DNA of 64,000 nucleotides from Rickettsiales bacterium UBA2645 (GTDB lineage Bacteria; Pseudomonadota; Alphaproteobacteria; Rickettsiales; UBA1997): NCBI GenBank assembly GCA_002359655.1, contig DENL01000031.1, positions 15,651 to 79,650 of the forward strand, read 5' to 3'. Shown piece by piece: positions 1 to 9,133 of this stretch (position 1 is its first letter; each line of letters starts with the position of its first letter). The notes under the pieces were generated by a model. It saw only the letters and a program-made list of their open reading frames with translations, ran no database searches and was not told where the DNA came from. The position numbers and the translations under genes were made by a program.

Positions 1-891
1 GCACCTTCTGGCTTTAATCCCTTACAACTTGAAGACACCAGCGAGAATCGCTCTTTCTTGATTGAGTTCTTGAAAATTTTAGTTTCCCCAGATGGTAAAG
101 TACTTCCAGCTCATGAAATTGACCGCATTAATGAAGCAGTTGCTGGAAATTATAAATTACCAAAACATCAAAGAAGATTGCGTAACATTGCACCTTTTAT
201 GGGATTATCTGGTCCTGGAACTTTAGCTGGACGCCTTGAAATGTGGCACTCTGATGGTTCTCACGCTAAGTTGTTTGATAATGTTGAAGACCGTATTGAT
301 TTCACTCTGTCACGTTGTTTTGGTATTGAAATGGGCAAACTTCTACAAGATAAAGCCGCTCTTGGCCCAGTTTTGCTTTATCTTTTTCATCGTATCCAAA
401 GCTCTTTGGACGGCAGTCCGACGATGATTGTTTTAGATGAGGCTTGGGCTTTGATTGGCAATGCAATTTTTGCTCCGAAAATAAAAGATTGGCTAAAGGT
501 TTTAAGAAAGCTCAACACTTTCGTAGTATTTGCTACGCAGTCAGTTGAAGATGCTGCAAAAAGCAGTATTTCAGACACTTTGGTACAACAAACTGCAACT
601 CAAATTTTCTTGCCAAATCTGCGCGCTACGAAACTTTATCGCGAAGTATTTATGCTTTCAGAACGTGAATTTACTCTGGTTAAAACAACAGATCCAGGAA
701 GTAGGTTTTTCTTAGTAAAACAAGATAATGATGGCGTGATTGCTAGAATTGACTTAAGTGGTATGGACGAAATTATTCGAGTGCTTTCAGCTCGCGTAGA
801 TACAGTTGCAATTTTGGATCAAGTTATTGCTGAAGTTGGCTCTGATCCTAACGACTGGTTACCAATTTTTTACGAACGCACTCAGAAATAA
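1..891 (+). CDS. virB4: Type IV secretion ATPase VirB4/TrbE family, C-terminal part (5' end is upstream of the window)
   Basis: Frame 1 is open from nt 1 (APSGFNPLQLEDT...). It has a Walker-B-like MIVLDEAW and an FATQS motif typical of VirB4. A VirB6-like gene starts 2 nt after its stop. Confidence 0.85.
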   Translation, partial: APSGFNPLQLEDTSENRSFLIEFLKILVSPDGKVLPAHEIDRINEAVAGNYKLPKHQRRLRNIAPFMGLSGPGTLAGRLEMWHSDGSHAKLFDNVEDRIDFTLSRCFGIEMGKLLQDKAALGPVLLYLFHRIQSSLDGSPTMIVLDEAWALIGNAIFAPKIKDWLKVLRKLNTFVVFATQSVEDAAKSSISDTLVQQTATQIFLPNLRATKLYREVFMLSEREFTLVKTTDPGSRFFLVKQDNDGVIARIDLSGMDEIIRVLSARVDTVAILDQVIAEVGSDPNDWLPIFYERTQK

Positions 892-892
892 A

Positions 893-3800
893 GTGAACAT
901 TTTTATAAAAAAAATACTCAAAAACATTTTCTTGACGATTTTTTGCGCTGTGTTTTTTTTCACCTATTTCGTCTCGTCTCAAGATTCTTATGCGTCAGAT
1001 TGTGATGACGAAACAAGCTGCGGTATTGGTCGGATACGCTCTTGTAGTGCCAACGGAGATCCTGAAGGACTAATTTTTAATCCGATAGAGGGTGGTGATG
1101 TAATGTTTGATATGAGCAACCCGGTTTGCTTAGCGATAGCCACAACAGTTTATGCATCTGTAAAAACAGCAATAGCAGCCATGTGTTATAACTGTAAATT
1201 AAGCAAATATCCAAGCGTTACTCCTTCTCCTATCAGAGATGCAGCTTTGATAACTGCTGGAGGAGTTAAAGCTGCAAATACTGGTGCACCATGCAGTGGT
1301 GCAGTTGTTGACGCTGTTGCTAGTATGTCAATCGCATTGGCAGAGTTTGGGATAACCTATGGGGTTGCCAAAGGAGTTTTTAATAACACTATGATCTGCG
1401 GCTCTGAGTGGCTGAGTCCTGATCCTTTGAAGTACAGTATCAGCAAGCCAGCAGTCAAATCTGAAGTTGAAGAATGGGTAAAAAACAATCCTAGCGACGC
1501 GAATTTAGCAAATACAAATTATCGCGAGTGGTATTATGGCGGAGTGGAGTATAAAGACAACCCAAGCGATGGTGATTATTGCGAAGATCCAACTGGATCA
1601 AATGTCAAAAGCAGTAATGGCCATTATCCACGCCAGCTTTACTATTTAAGGGGTAGTCAAGCTGGCAACTTCAATTGCTCAAAATACGATATTACTCTTG
1701 CCAATAATTCTGATGTTTCTGGCAAAGAAGCTGATTATAAAAAAGCTTTTGCTTGCTGTAAAAAGCGTAGTCAAAATTTTATTTGCATTAAATACAAAAC
1801 GAGTGGATCAAATATCGTCAAGAATACTGGTGTTAATCAGCTAGATGTTATTGATCCACTTTCAGATAATGATGGGGTATTTTGTGAATCTGGTTCCAGA
1901 TGTATAATCAAAGGCATCACTTTTTCAGCGGGACCAATTGAAGCTAATGATTCAAGACTAATTTGTGCTCAAAGCTATAGCTTATGTCCTTATAACTTCA
2001 CTATTGGTGGTGGTACAAAATACTGTGACTACTTTCAAGATGGTGTAAAAAATGCCAATGGCACTTACACTTACATAACTCCCGATGATATCGCAAAAGC
2101 AACAGATCCATATCACCCAACCAGCGATTGCAATACAAAGAGTGAGATTAGAAATGCTGACTGCACTTATAACACAAAGGCAGGACAGTGCAAAAACTAT
2201 TGCCAATATTTAACTCATTGCACTGTAGTTGGAGCTTCAGATTATCAATATCAAAGTGATTTAGGCTCACCCTATTTTTCCTCTGCTTGCTATAATTTTG
2301 TTGGCGACTCGCGAAATTTAACTGCGTTTAATTCTGGAGTAATTATCGGTAGTCAAAGGCATTTCAGCACACCAATTGCTCAGTGTGTGAAAGAAACTTT
2401 AGAAAATGTTTTTTATAATCGTGCTGGTCACAGCCAATGCTATAGTGCTGATGAATATCCAACATCAGATGGAACTTGTAAAAGCGGTAAATATATTCAA
2501 AGCGGATCTTTTACCTACAAAAAAGGTAGTCAGGTCAAAGATGTATCATTTTTTAGCGGACTACAAAATGCACTACAAACCACAATTAAAATGGTTTTAA
2601 GCCTAGCGATAATGTTCTACGGCTTGAGAATTTTGATTGGCAACAATATGAGCGCTATCAAAAAATCCGACATAATGATGTTCGTAATAAAAATCGGATT
2701 GGTGATGTATTTTGCTACTGGAGATGCTTGGCAAACTACTTTTTTTGAAGGAGTCTATAACTCATCAATGGTCCTTTCCAAAATTGTCTTTCACATCGAG
2801 AGCTCAATGCCAGATGCAAAAAAAGATGGCTGTCAGTTTGATTCAGCTTCACTTGGCGCAGCAAATCAATATCCCGCCAATAAAGATTATTTATCAATAT
2901 GGGATACGCTTGATTGCAAGACTGCCCGCTATCTAGGATTCGGGCCCGAAGCTTCAGCTGCAAATATCGCCTCACTTTTATTCGCTTCTTCATTTGTAGG
3001 GCCTTATGGAATATACTTCGTAATTGGGCTGATGTTCTTCGGATTTTTCTTTTTAGCTGCTACGATAAGGGCGTTACATATTTTCTTATCATCAGCAATA
3101 GCGATCATATTAATGGTCTATATTTCACCAATTATAATTCCGACTATCTTATTTCCTAAAACGGCAAATATATTTAAAGGCTGGCTAACAAATCTGATTA
3201 GCTTCTGTTTACAGCCAATGATTCTCTTTGCTTATATTGCAATATTCATCACGGTCTTTGATTCAACCATGATTGGCAGCGCTTCTTTCACCGGTAACCC
3301 TCCAAATAAAACAATTTCTTGCAAAGAGGTTTGTAAAGATGATAGCGGAAATATCGTAAACGGCGATACAACTTGTACTGCATATGGCCACTCTTGGGAA
3401 GGCGGTGCCTGTAAAAATGCTAGTGGCAATGTGGTTTACGATATTACATTATCTGCAGCTTGCGTGGCTAAAGGATATAGTATGTCTGGAGATTCTTGTA
3501 TAGACAGTAGAGGAAATATTAAAGCATTCTCTGCTGGAGACATGTGTATTGCTTTAGGCTACAATCTTGAAGGAGCTACCTGTGTAGATACAAGCGGCAA
3601 CGATGTTGGGGGAGATGTTGATTGCAGCAAACCAGGACACTCTTTGGTTAATCCTTTAACTGATAGCGTTGCCTGTTTGGTTAACTTCGAAAGTTACAGT
3701 AAAGTAAACTTCTTGGAAACAATTGGCATATCTTTACCTTCTATTGCTGGCTTATTTACTGATCATGTAAAAGAAAAAATTCTGACTATAATCAAAGCTG

Positions 3801-4120
3801 CCTTTGTGATGTATGTATTATGTCAATTTTTAGATCAAATACCGGATATTACATCGCAACTAATCGGGGGCGCTGCTTTACCTGGTGGGCAAAACTCTGT
3901 TAAGGGCATGATGGGAGCTGTCAATTCTTTAGCACAGGGCGCTCGAGAAAGAATTACTCGCGGCGGAATGAAGTTTGGCAGAGATAGTAGAGAAACTACT
4001 AAAGACGTTTTTGAAGAATCTGGAGATCTTGGTTCCGAGGCAAAAGCAGATTCGCCTAGTAAAGATGAAGGCGGTAATGCATCAGGAAGTAGTAGTAGTG
4101 GCGAAGGTGAAAGTCAGTAA
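893..4120 (+). CDS. Giant VirB6/TrbL-family T4SS inner-membrane protein with N-terminal Cys-rich secreted domain and internal Cys repeats
   Basis: A GTG at 893 gives a signal peptide (VNIFIKKILKNIFLTIFCAVFFFTYFVSSQDSYA/SD). A multi-TM block includes LFPKTANIFKGWLTNLISFCLQP, a TrbL/VirB6-like F-x-x-T-x-x-x-F-x-x-W motif. It sits directly after virB4, as in rvh loci. The ORF-track start at 806 overlaps virB4 and is less likely. Confidence 0.62.
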   Translation: MNIFIKKILKNIFLTIFCAVFFFTYFVSSQDSYASDCDDETSCGIGRIRSCSANGDPEGLIFNPIEGGDVMFDMSNPVCLAIATTVYASVKTAIAAMCYNCKLSKYPSVTPSPIRDAALITAGGVKAANTGAPCSGAVVDAVASMSIALAEFGITYGVAKGVFNNTMICGSEWLSPDPLKYSISKPAVKSEVEEWVKNNPSDANLANTNYREWYYGGVEYKDNPSDGDYCEDPTGSNVKSSNGHYPRQLYYLRGSQAGNFNCSKYDITLANNSDVSGKEADYKKAFACCKKRSQNFICIKYKTSGSNIVKNTGVNQLDVIDPLSDNDGVFCESGSRCIIKGITFSAGPIEANDSRLICAQSYSLCPYNFTIGGGTKYCDYFQDGVKNANGTYTYITPDDIAKATDPYHPTSDCNTKSEIRNADCTYNTKAGQCKNYCQYLTHCTVVGASDYQYQSDLGSPYFSSACYNFVGDSRNLTAFNSGVIIGSQRHFSTPIAQCVKETLENVFYNRAGHSQCYSADEYPTSDGTCKSGKYIQSGSFTYKKGSQVKDVSFFSGLQNALQTTIKMVLSLAIMFYGLRILIGNNMSAIKKSDIMMFVIKIGLVMYFATGDAWQTTFFEGVYNSSMVLSKIVFHIESSMPDAKKDGCQFDSASLGAANQYPANKDYLSIWDTLDCKTARYLGFGPEASAANIASLLFASSFVGPYGIYFVIGLMFFGFFFLAATIRALHIFLSSAIAIILMVYISPIIIPTILFPKTANIFKGWLTNLISFCLQPMILFAYIAIFITVFDSTMIGSASFTGNPPNKTISCKEVCKDDSGNIVNGDTTCTAYGHSWEGGACKNASGNVVYDITLSAACVAKGYSMSGDSCIDSRGNIKAFSAGDMCIALGYNLEGATCVDTSGNDVGGDVDCSKPGHSLVNPLTDSVACLVNFESYSKVNFLETIGISLPSIAGLFTDHVKEKILTIIKAAFVMYVLCQFLDQIPDITSQLIGGAALPGGQNSVKGMMGAVNSLAQGARERITRGGMKFGRDSRETTKDVFEESGDLGSEAKADSPSKDEGGNASGSSSSGEGESQ

Positions 4121-4167
4121 CTTTGCTCAAGTTGACAATTAGGAAGAGCTAAATTTGAATGCGGCTA

Positions 4168-4208
4168 AAATCAGGTCAGCTAATGTTAGGCGGCCTGATT
4201 TATTTTTT
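4168..4208 (+). terminator. Rho-independent terminator after the VirB6-like gene
   Basis: A 10-bp stem (aaatcaggtc / ggcctgattt, one G-U pair) is followed by attttttgt. Confidence 0.55.
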
Positions 4209-4232
4209 GTGAATTTCTGATTTTATATTCTT

Positions 4233-4307
4233 GCTGCCATAGCTCAGGGGTAGAGCACTTCATTGGTAATGAAGAGGTCGGAGGTTCGATTCCTCTTGGC
4301 AGCACCA
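4233..4307 (+). tRNA. tRNA-Thr (anticodon GGU), CCA encoded
   Basis: Acceptor gctgcca/tggcagc, D-arm agctcaggggtagagc and T-arm ggaggttcgattcctc are present. The anticodon stem cttca/tgaag holds loop ttGGTaa. The 3' end is ACCA. Confidence 0.85.
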
Positions 4308-4338
4308 CAATTTACAATTCGAGTTGCTGCGTGCTAAC

Positions 4339-5094
4339 TTATTTATAACCAACATGTATTGCTGCAGCGCCGAAGCTTAGATTCTGATAAGAAACATTTT
4401 TAAATCCCGCTTTTTCGATCATATTTTTAAACTCCTCTTGCGACGGAAATTTACGAATACTTTCAACTAAATATTGGTAAGAAGCTCGATCTTGCAAAAC
4501 TAATTCGCCAATTTTTGGAATCACTTTGAAAGAATAAGTATCGTAGATTTTTTGTAAAAAATAATCATTCACTTTTGAAAATTCTAAGCAGATAAATTTT
4601 CCATTTAGTTTTAAAACACGATAGGCTTCAAGCAATGCTTGGTCTATATTGGTAAAGTTACGAATGCCAAAGGCGATAGTAAAAAAATCGAAAGATTCAT
4701 CAGCAAAAGAAAGTTTTTCTCCATCACAACAGGTGAATTTCAAATCAGAAAAAAGATTTAAATCAACAGCGCGATCTTTGCCGACATCAAGCATTTCTTG
4801 GTTAATATCGACCACATCAATTGCACATTTTATATTTTTTTCACGAGCTTTTTTAGCAATGCGAAAGGCAATATCTCCAGTTCCGCCAGCCAAATCTATT
4901 ACTCTGATATTTTGATTTTGCAGATCAATTTCTTGCACCATTTTGTTTTTCCAGATGCGATGAATTCCACCGCTCATCAAGTCATTCATCAGATCATATT
5001 TTTTAGCAACGCTAGAAAAAATTTCTTTGACAAGGTCGGACTTTTCTTCACGATTGACCTGTTTGAATCCAAAATGTGTTTTTTCTTTTTCCAT
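4339..5094 (-). CDS. ubiE: Demethylmenaquinone/ubiquinone C-methyltransferase UbiE
   Basis: The N-terminus THFGFKQV...YDLMNDLMSGGIHRIWK is the UbiE/COQ5 hallmark. A SAM motif VIDLAGGTGD is present. Confidence 0.9.
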   Translation of the reverse strand: MEKEKTHFGFKQVNREEKSDLVKEIFSSVAKKYDLMNDLMSGGIHRIWKNKMVQEIDLQNQNIRVIDLAGGTGDIAFRIAKKAREKNIKCAIDVVDINQEMLDVGKDRAVDLNLFSDLKFTCCDGEKLSFADESFDFFTIAFGIRNFTNIDQALLEAYRVLKLNGKFICLEFSKVNDYFLQKIYDTYSFKVIPKIGELVLQDRASYQYLVESIRKFPSQEEFKNMIEKAGFKNVSYQNLSFGAAAIHVGYK

Positions 5095-6139
5095 GCTAAA
5101 AACTTCTGACTTTGATTTTTATTTACCGCCCGAATTGATTGCCAATCAACCTTTTTTTCCTAAAGAAAAAACTTCTATGCTGACATTTCGCGACGGCGAC
5201 ATTCTTGATTTGCAGCTAATCAACCTCGTGGATTTTTTGCAAGAAGGAGATGTGATTGTTTTAAACGATGTGCGCGTTATTAAAGCTAAATTATCAGCAA
5301 AAATTTTACGAAATTCTGCTCAGCTTGATTTTAATTTAGATCAGGAAAATCAAGGCTTTTGGAATGCACTTTGTCGAGGAGCAAAAAAAGTAAATGCCGG
5401 AGATGACCTAGAAATTGCTGCTGATTTTTTTGCACAAGTAATCGAAAAAAACGACGACGGAACAATCAAAATAAAATTTAATTGCGCTGAAGACGAATTA
5501 CTGCAAAAGCTTGAAAAATACGGCTCTGTACCACTTCCGCCTTATATAAAGCGATCCTCAATCACTCAAGATCTTAAAAGTGACGCAGAAAATTACCAAA
5601 CAATTTATGCCAGCAAAGGCATGGCAGTTGCGGCTCCAACGGCTGGTCTGCATTTTAATGAAAAAATTTTTGCAGCATTAGAAGCAAAAAAAATTAATAA
5701 AACTTTTGTTACTTTAAATGTTGGTGCTGGAACTTTTTTGCCGGTGCGAAGCGAGTTTTTGCATGATCACAAAATGCATAGCGAATCTTTTTATATTTCG
5801 GAAGAATCAGCAGGAATTATTAATTTAGCAAAATCACGCGGCAAAAAAATTATCGCAATTGGCACAACTTCACTGCGTGTTTTGGAATCAGCTTGTGATG
5901 AAAAAGGCATTGTAAAACCACAAAATACCAGAACGCAGATTTTTATTTATCCGCCTTATAAATTTAAAATTGTTGATATTTTGCTGACTAATTTTCATTT
6001 ACCAAAATCAACTTTATTTATGTTGATTTGTGCTTTTGTTGGCAAAGAAGAAGCTTTCGGGATTTACAACCACGCTATCTCAAAAAAATATCGCTTTTAT
6101 TCTTACGGTGATGCTTCGCTGCTTTTTCGTAATCAATAA
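5093..6139 (+). CDS. queA: S-adenosylmethionine:tRNA ribosyltransferase-isomerase QueA
   Basis: An ATG at 5093 gives MLKTSDFDFYLPPELIANQP, a typical QueA N-terminus. GSVPLPPYI and AAPTAGLHF motifs are present. The longer track start at 5027 is rejected. Confidence 0.9.
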   Translation: MLKTSDFDFYLPPELIANQPFFPKEKTSMLTFRDGDILDLQLINLVDFLQEGDVIVLNDVRVIKAKLSAKILRNSAQLDFNLDQENQGFWNALCRGAKKVNAGDDLEIAADFFAQVIEKNDDGTIKIKFNCAEDELLQKLEKYGSVPLPPYIKRSSITQDLKSDAENYQTIYASKGMAVAAPTAGLHFNEKIFAALEAKKINKTFVTLNVGAGTFLPVRSEFLHDHKMHSESFYISEESAGIINLAKSRGKKIIAIGTTSLRVLESACDEKGIVKPQNTRTQIFIYPPYKFKIVDILLTNFHLPKSTLFMLICAFVGKEEAFGIYNHAISKKYRFYSYGDASLLFRNQ

Positions 6140-6699
6140 GTTCCGGGAGCAAATTCGAGTTGTTTCTTTTTTACAGAAATTAGCGCGCTGCTTTCTGCAG
6201 CTTGGCAAACATTTAAATTATTATTGGCACAAAGACTTGCTTTGACGCCGCTGTGAAGAAAATCATCGTGATATTTATTCATCACTTGCTCCATGCGGCG
6301 AACTTTGCCAGTTAAGTCCACAACATCACTGCTTGAAATTTCGATATCTTCTTGGTCGAAATAAAATTGCACATAATTGTAAGTGGTTTTGTCGGCGATG
6401 CTTGGCAAATTTTCTTTTCTAAAATTGAAATTTTTTGACATGCGATCACCTTTGGCATTGTACCAAGTTACATAAACTGGCCCGAAAAATTTCGCATCAC
6501 TGCTGATAAAAAAAGATTGACTACGACTATCTCCCGGATTAAGGGCAGCAAGGCTCAGCAAATTTCCATTCCAATTGCACTCGATATTTTTTATTGGATT
6601 AGGACTGGCATTACTAAAATAAACGACAGGACTTTCAACTGAGCTACAGCCGATCAAAAATGTAAAAATCAGAACCAAAAAAAATTTATGCATATCCAA
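6133..6699 (-). CDS. Hypothetical lipoprotein
   Basis: It has a signal peptide with lipobox FLIGCSS. No recognisable domain was seen. Confidence 0.5.
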   Translation of the reverse strand: MDMHKFFLVLIFTFLIGCSSVESPVVYFSNASPNPIKNIECNWNGNLLSLAALNPGDSRSQSFFISSDAKFFGPVYVTWYNAKGDRMSKNFNFRKENLPSIADKTTYNYVQFYFDQEDIEISSSDVVDLTGKVRRMEQVMNKYHDDFLHSGVKASLCANNNLNVCQAAESSALISVKKKQLEFAPGTY

Positions 6700-6700
6700 G

Positions 6701-7495
6701 TTATTTTTCTAAATTAGCAGTGAAAAGTTCTTGCGTTTTTATTGCTTTGGCAAAGCGCGAGAAAGCAAAAAGATAGCTGTAAATAATACCATCAAAACCG
6801 TAGATAAAATAGCGGCGCACAAAAAAAGCTTTACAAAAAGCCAGTGATGCAACTGTTAAAATTTTAAGACGCGAGACATTTTTTCCCTTCTTAAAACTAT
6901 CTTCAGCCTGCATTGATGAATAAGAATTAATTTTTTCAATCCAATGCGTAAAAGAGCGAAAAGACTGGTGGTAAATAATATTTTTTAACTGAGAAATTTT
7001 TTGTGGGTTTTTCTCTTTAAGCTCAACAGAATCATGAACTGCGCTTGTATTAAAACCGGCATGATCTTTGTTATAAAGACGCAGTTGATTATAAAAATAA
7101 GCCAATTTTTTTGGCCGCTTTTCGAAACGAAATTTATTAACGATGCGCACGCGAAATCCGTAAAAATTTTCTTCAATATTTTTAGAAAAAATTTCTGTAA
7201 TTTCTCTGGCTAATTCTTCTGATACTTCTTCGTCAGCATCAATATTTAAAATCCATTTGTTGTGACACTGTTTTTCACCAAAAATTTTTTGCGCACCATA
7301 ACCTTTCCACTCATTGAAAATAACTTTTGCTCCAGCTTTAGAAGCAATTTCACAAGTGTTGTCCGAACTTCCTGAATCAATAACTAAAATTTCATCAGCG
7401 ATATTTTTTACGGCTTTGATAACATTTTCGATGCGATCAGATTCGTTTTTGGTAATGATAAAAACTGACAATAAATTTTTTTGCGTTTGCGTCAT
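6701..7495 (-). CDS. Glycosyltransferase family 2
   Basis: LSVFIITKNESDRI...VIDSGSSDNT and NIDADE (DxD-like) match the GT2 fold. Confidence 0.75.
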   Translation of the reverse strand: MTQTQKNLLSVFIITKNESDRIENVIKAVKNIADEILVIDSGSSDNTCEIASKAGAKVIFNEWKGYGAQKIFGEKQCHNKWILNIDADEEVSEELAREITEIFSKNIEENFYGFRVRIVNKFRFEKRPKKLAYFYNQLRLYNKDHAGFNTSAVHDSVELKEKNPQKISQLKNIIYHQSFRSFTHWIEKINSYSSMQAEDSFKKGKNVSRLKILTVASLAFCKAFFVRRYFIYGFDGIIYSYLFAFSRFAKAIKTQELFTANLEK

Positions 7496-7583
7496 TATTA
7501 GATTGATTTTTGCCTTGATTTATTTGAGTGCGTGATAATTATTTGGTCTCCTTCCTGAGTCAATTATAATCCTAACTTTGCTT

Positions 7584-8363
7584 ATGAAAAACTTTAAAAA
7601 AATCTATGTTTTTGCAATAGCTTTATGCTTGTTAATTGGTTTTGCCGCCCTGATTGTCAATAATTACAAAACCAAAACTTCTTTTAAAAATAATAAAGAA
7701 GAGATTGCCAAAAATACCGAAGAAAAAAATCCGCAAGATTCTGTAAATAAAGCCGTTAACGACAGTGCTGCTCAAAATATTGATGCAAAAAAATCTGGCG
7801 AAATCTTAAAAGTGAACTCTTCCGATATCGTTCTTGGCGATAAAAACGCTCCGGTAGTTTTAATTGAATATGCTTCGCTTTCTTGTCCACATTGCGCTGC
7901 CTTTCATCGCGAGTCTTTAGAGAAATTAAAAAATGAATATATCGACGCTAAAAAAGTTCAGTTCATTCATCGTGACTTTCCTTTAAACCAACCAGCTTTG
8001 GTTGCTGGAATGTTGGCTATTTGCCAAGCTCAAGATCATAAAGAAGAGTTATCAGAAAAATATTACAGCGCTCTAAAAGCTTTGTTTAGAACTCAAGACT
8101 CTTGGGCTTTTGATGCCAAATATATCGAGAAATTGCAATCAATTATGCAACTAGACGGCATGAGTGTAGACCGTTTTAACTCATGTATTGATGATAAAAA
8201 ATTACAGGAAAAAATTCTTTCAGAAAGAATGGAAGCATCCAAAGGATTACAGATCCAATCAACTCCGTCCTTTTTCATTAATGGCGAAATTATGGAAGGT
8301 TATGTTGATTATCTTTCGCTGAAAAAAATCATCGACAAAAAACTCGCCCAACCAAGTAAATAA
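7584..8363 (+). CDS. DsbA-family thiol:disulfide oxidoreductase, membrane anchored
   Basis: It has a CPHC active site (SCPHCAAFH), an N-terminal TM helix and a thioredoxin-like C-terminus STPSFFING. The ATG at 7584 is preferred to the TTG at 7578. Confidence 0.7.
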   Translation: MKNFKKIYVFAIALCLLIGFAALIVNNYKTKTSFKNNKEEIAKNTEEKNPQDSVNKAVNDSAAQNIDAKKSGEILKVNSSDIVLGDKNAPVVLIEYASLSCPHCAAFHRESLEKLKNEYIDAKKVQFIHRDFPLNQPALVAGMLAICQAQDHKEELSEKYYSALKALFRTQDSWAFDAKYIEKLQSIMQLDGMSVDRFNSCIDDKKLQEKILSERMEASKGLQIQSTPSFFINGEIMEGYVDYLSLKKIIDKKLAQPSK

Positions 8364-8367
8364 TTTT

Positions 8368-9126
8368 GTGAATAAAATCGAAATCAAAAATCTAACTAAA
8401 AACTTCGCTGATAAAGAGGTTTTGTGCGGAATTAATTTAGCAGTTAAAAAAGGCGAATCTTTAGTTATTCTTGGTGGATCGGGAAGTGGTAAATCAGTTC
8501 TGATCAAAACTATTGCATCACTAATGCTACCAACTTCTGGTAGCATTAAAATTGATGCTGAAGAAATATTGACCCTATCTTCGCAAGGCAAAGACAGAAT
8601 GATGGAAAAAATAGGTTTTTTGTTTCAAGGCGGCGCTCTTTTCGATTCACTACCAATCTGGCAGAATATCTCTTTTCGCTTACTCAATCACAAAAAAATT
8701 GCTAAAAAAGAAGCGCGCGAAATTGCTATCACAAAATTAAAATCAGTCGGACTTAGCGAAAAAGTTGCCGATCTTTTTCCTTCCGAACTTTCTGGCGGTA
8801 TGCAAAAAAGAGCATCTTTAGCCAGAGCAATTGCAACAAATCCAGAAATTATTTTTTTCGATGAACCAACAACAGGCCTTGATCCAATCATGGCTGACGT
8901 GATTAACGATCTGATTATTAGCAATTCAAAAAAGCTTGGTGCAACCACAGTGACAATAACTCACGATATGCATTCAGCTCGTAAAATAGCCGATAAAATT
9001 GCCATGCTTTACGAAGGAAAAATCATCTGGTTTGGCGATGTGAAAGAAATGGATTCCTCAAATAATGCCTATCTAGATCAATTCATCAACGGCCGCGCTG
9101 AAGGACCAATCAGGTTTTCTGCTTAA
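8368..9126 (+). CDS. ABC transporter ATP-binding protein, MlaF-like
   Basis: It has Walker A GGSGSGKS, signature LSGGMQKR, Walker B IIFFDEPT and a C-terminal FINGRAEGP tail. The start is GTG. No cognate permease is adjacent. Confidence 0.75.
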   Translation: MNKIEIKNLTKNFADKEVLCGINLAVKKGESLVILGGSGSGKSVLIKTIASLMLPTSGSIKIDAEEILTLSSQGKDRMMEKIGFLFQGGALFDSLPIWQNISFRLLNHKKIAKKEAREIAITKLKSVGLSEKVADLFPSELSGGMQKRASLARAIATNPEIIFFDEPTTGLDPIMADVINDLIISNSKKLGATTVTITHDMHSARKIADKIAMLYEGKIIWFGDVKEMDSSNNAYLDQFINGRAEGPIRFSA

Positions 9127-9133
9127 AAAAAGT

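Noticed and set aside
806-892. ORF-track start at 806 for the VirB6-like gene, overlapping the last 86 nt of virB4.
   Set aside because: The extra N-terminal residues lack signal-peptide character. A GTG at 893, 2 nt after the virB4 stop, yields a clean signal peptide.
4132-4160. TTGACA followed 17 nt later by TTGAAT, considered as a promoter for tRNA-Thr.
   Set aside because: It would fire directly into the terminator hairpin at 4168-4208. The -10 element is weak. It is more likely a chance match in AT-rich DNA.
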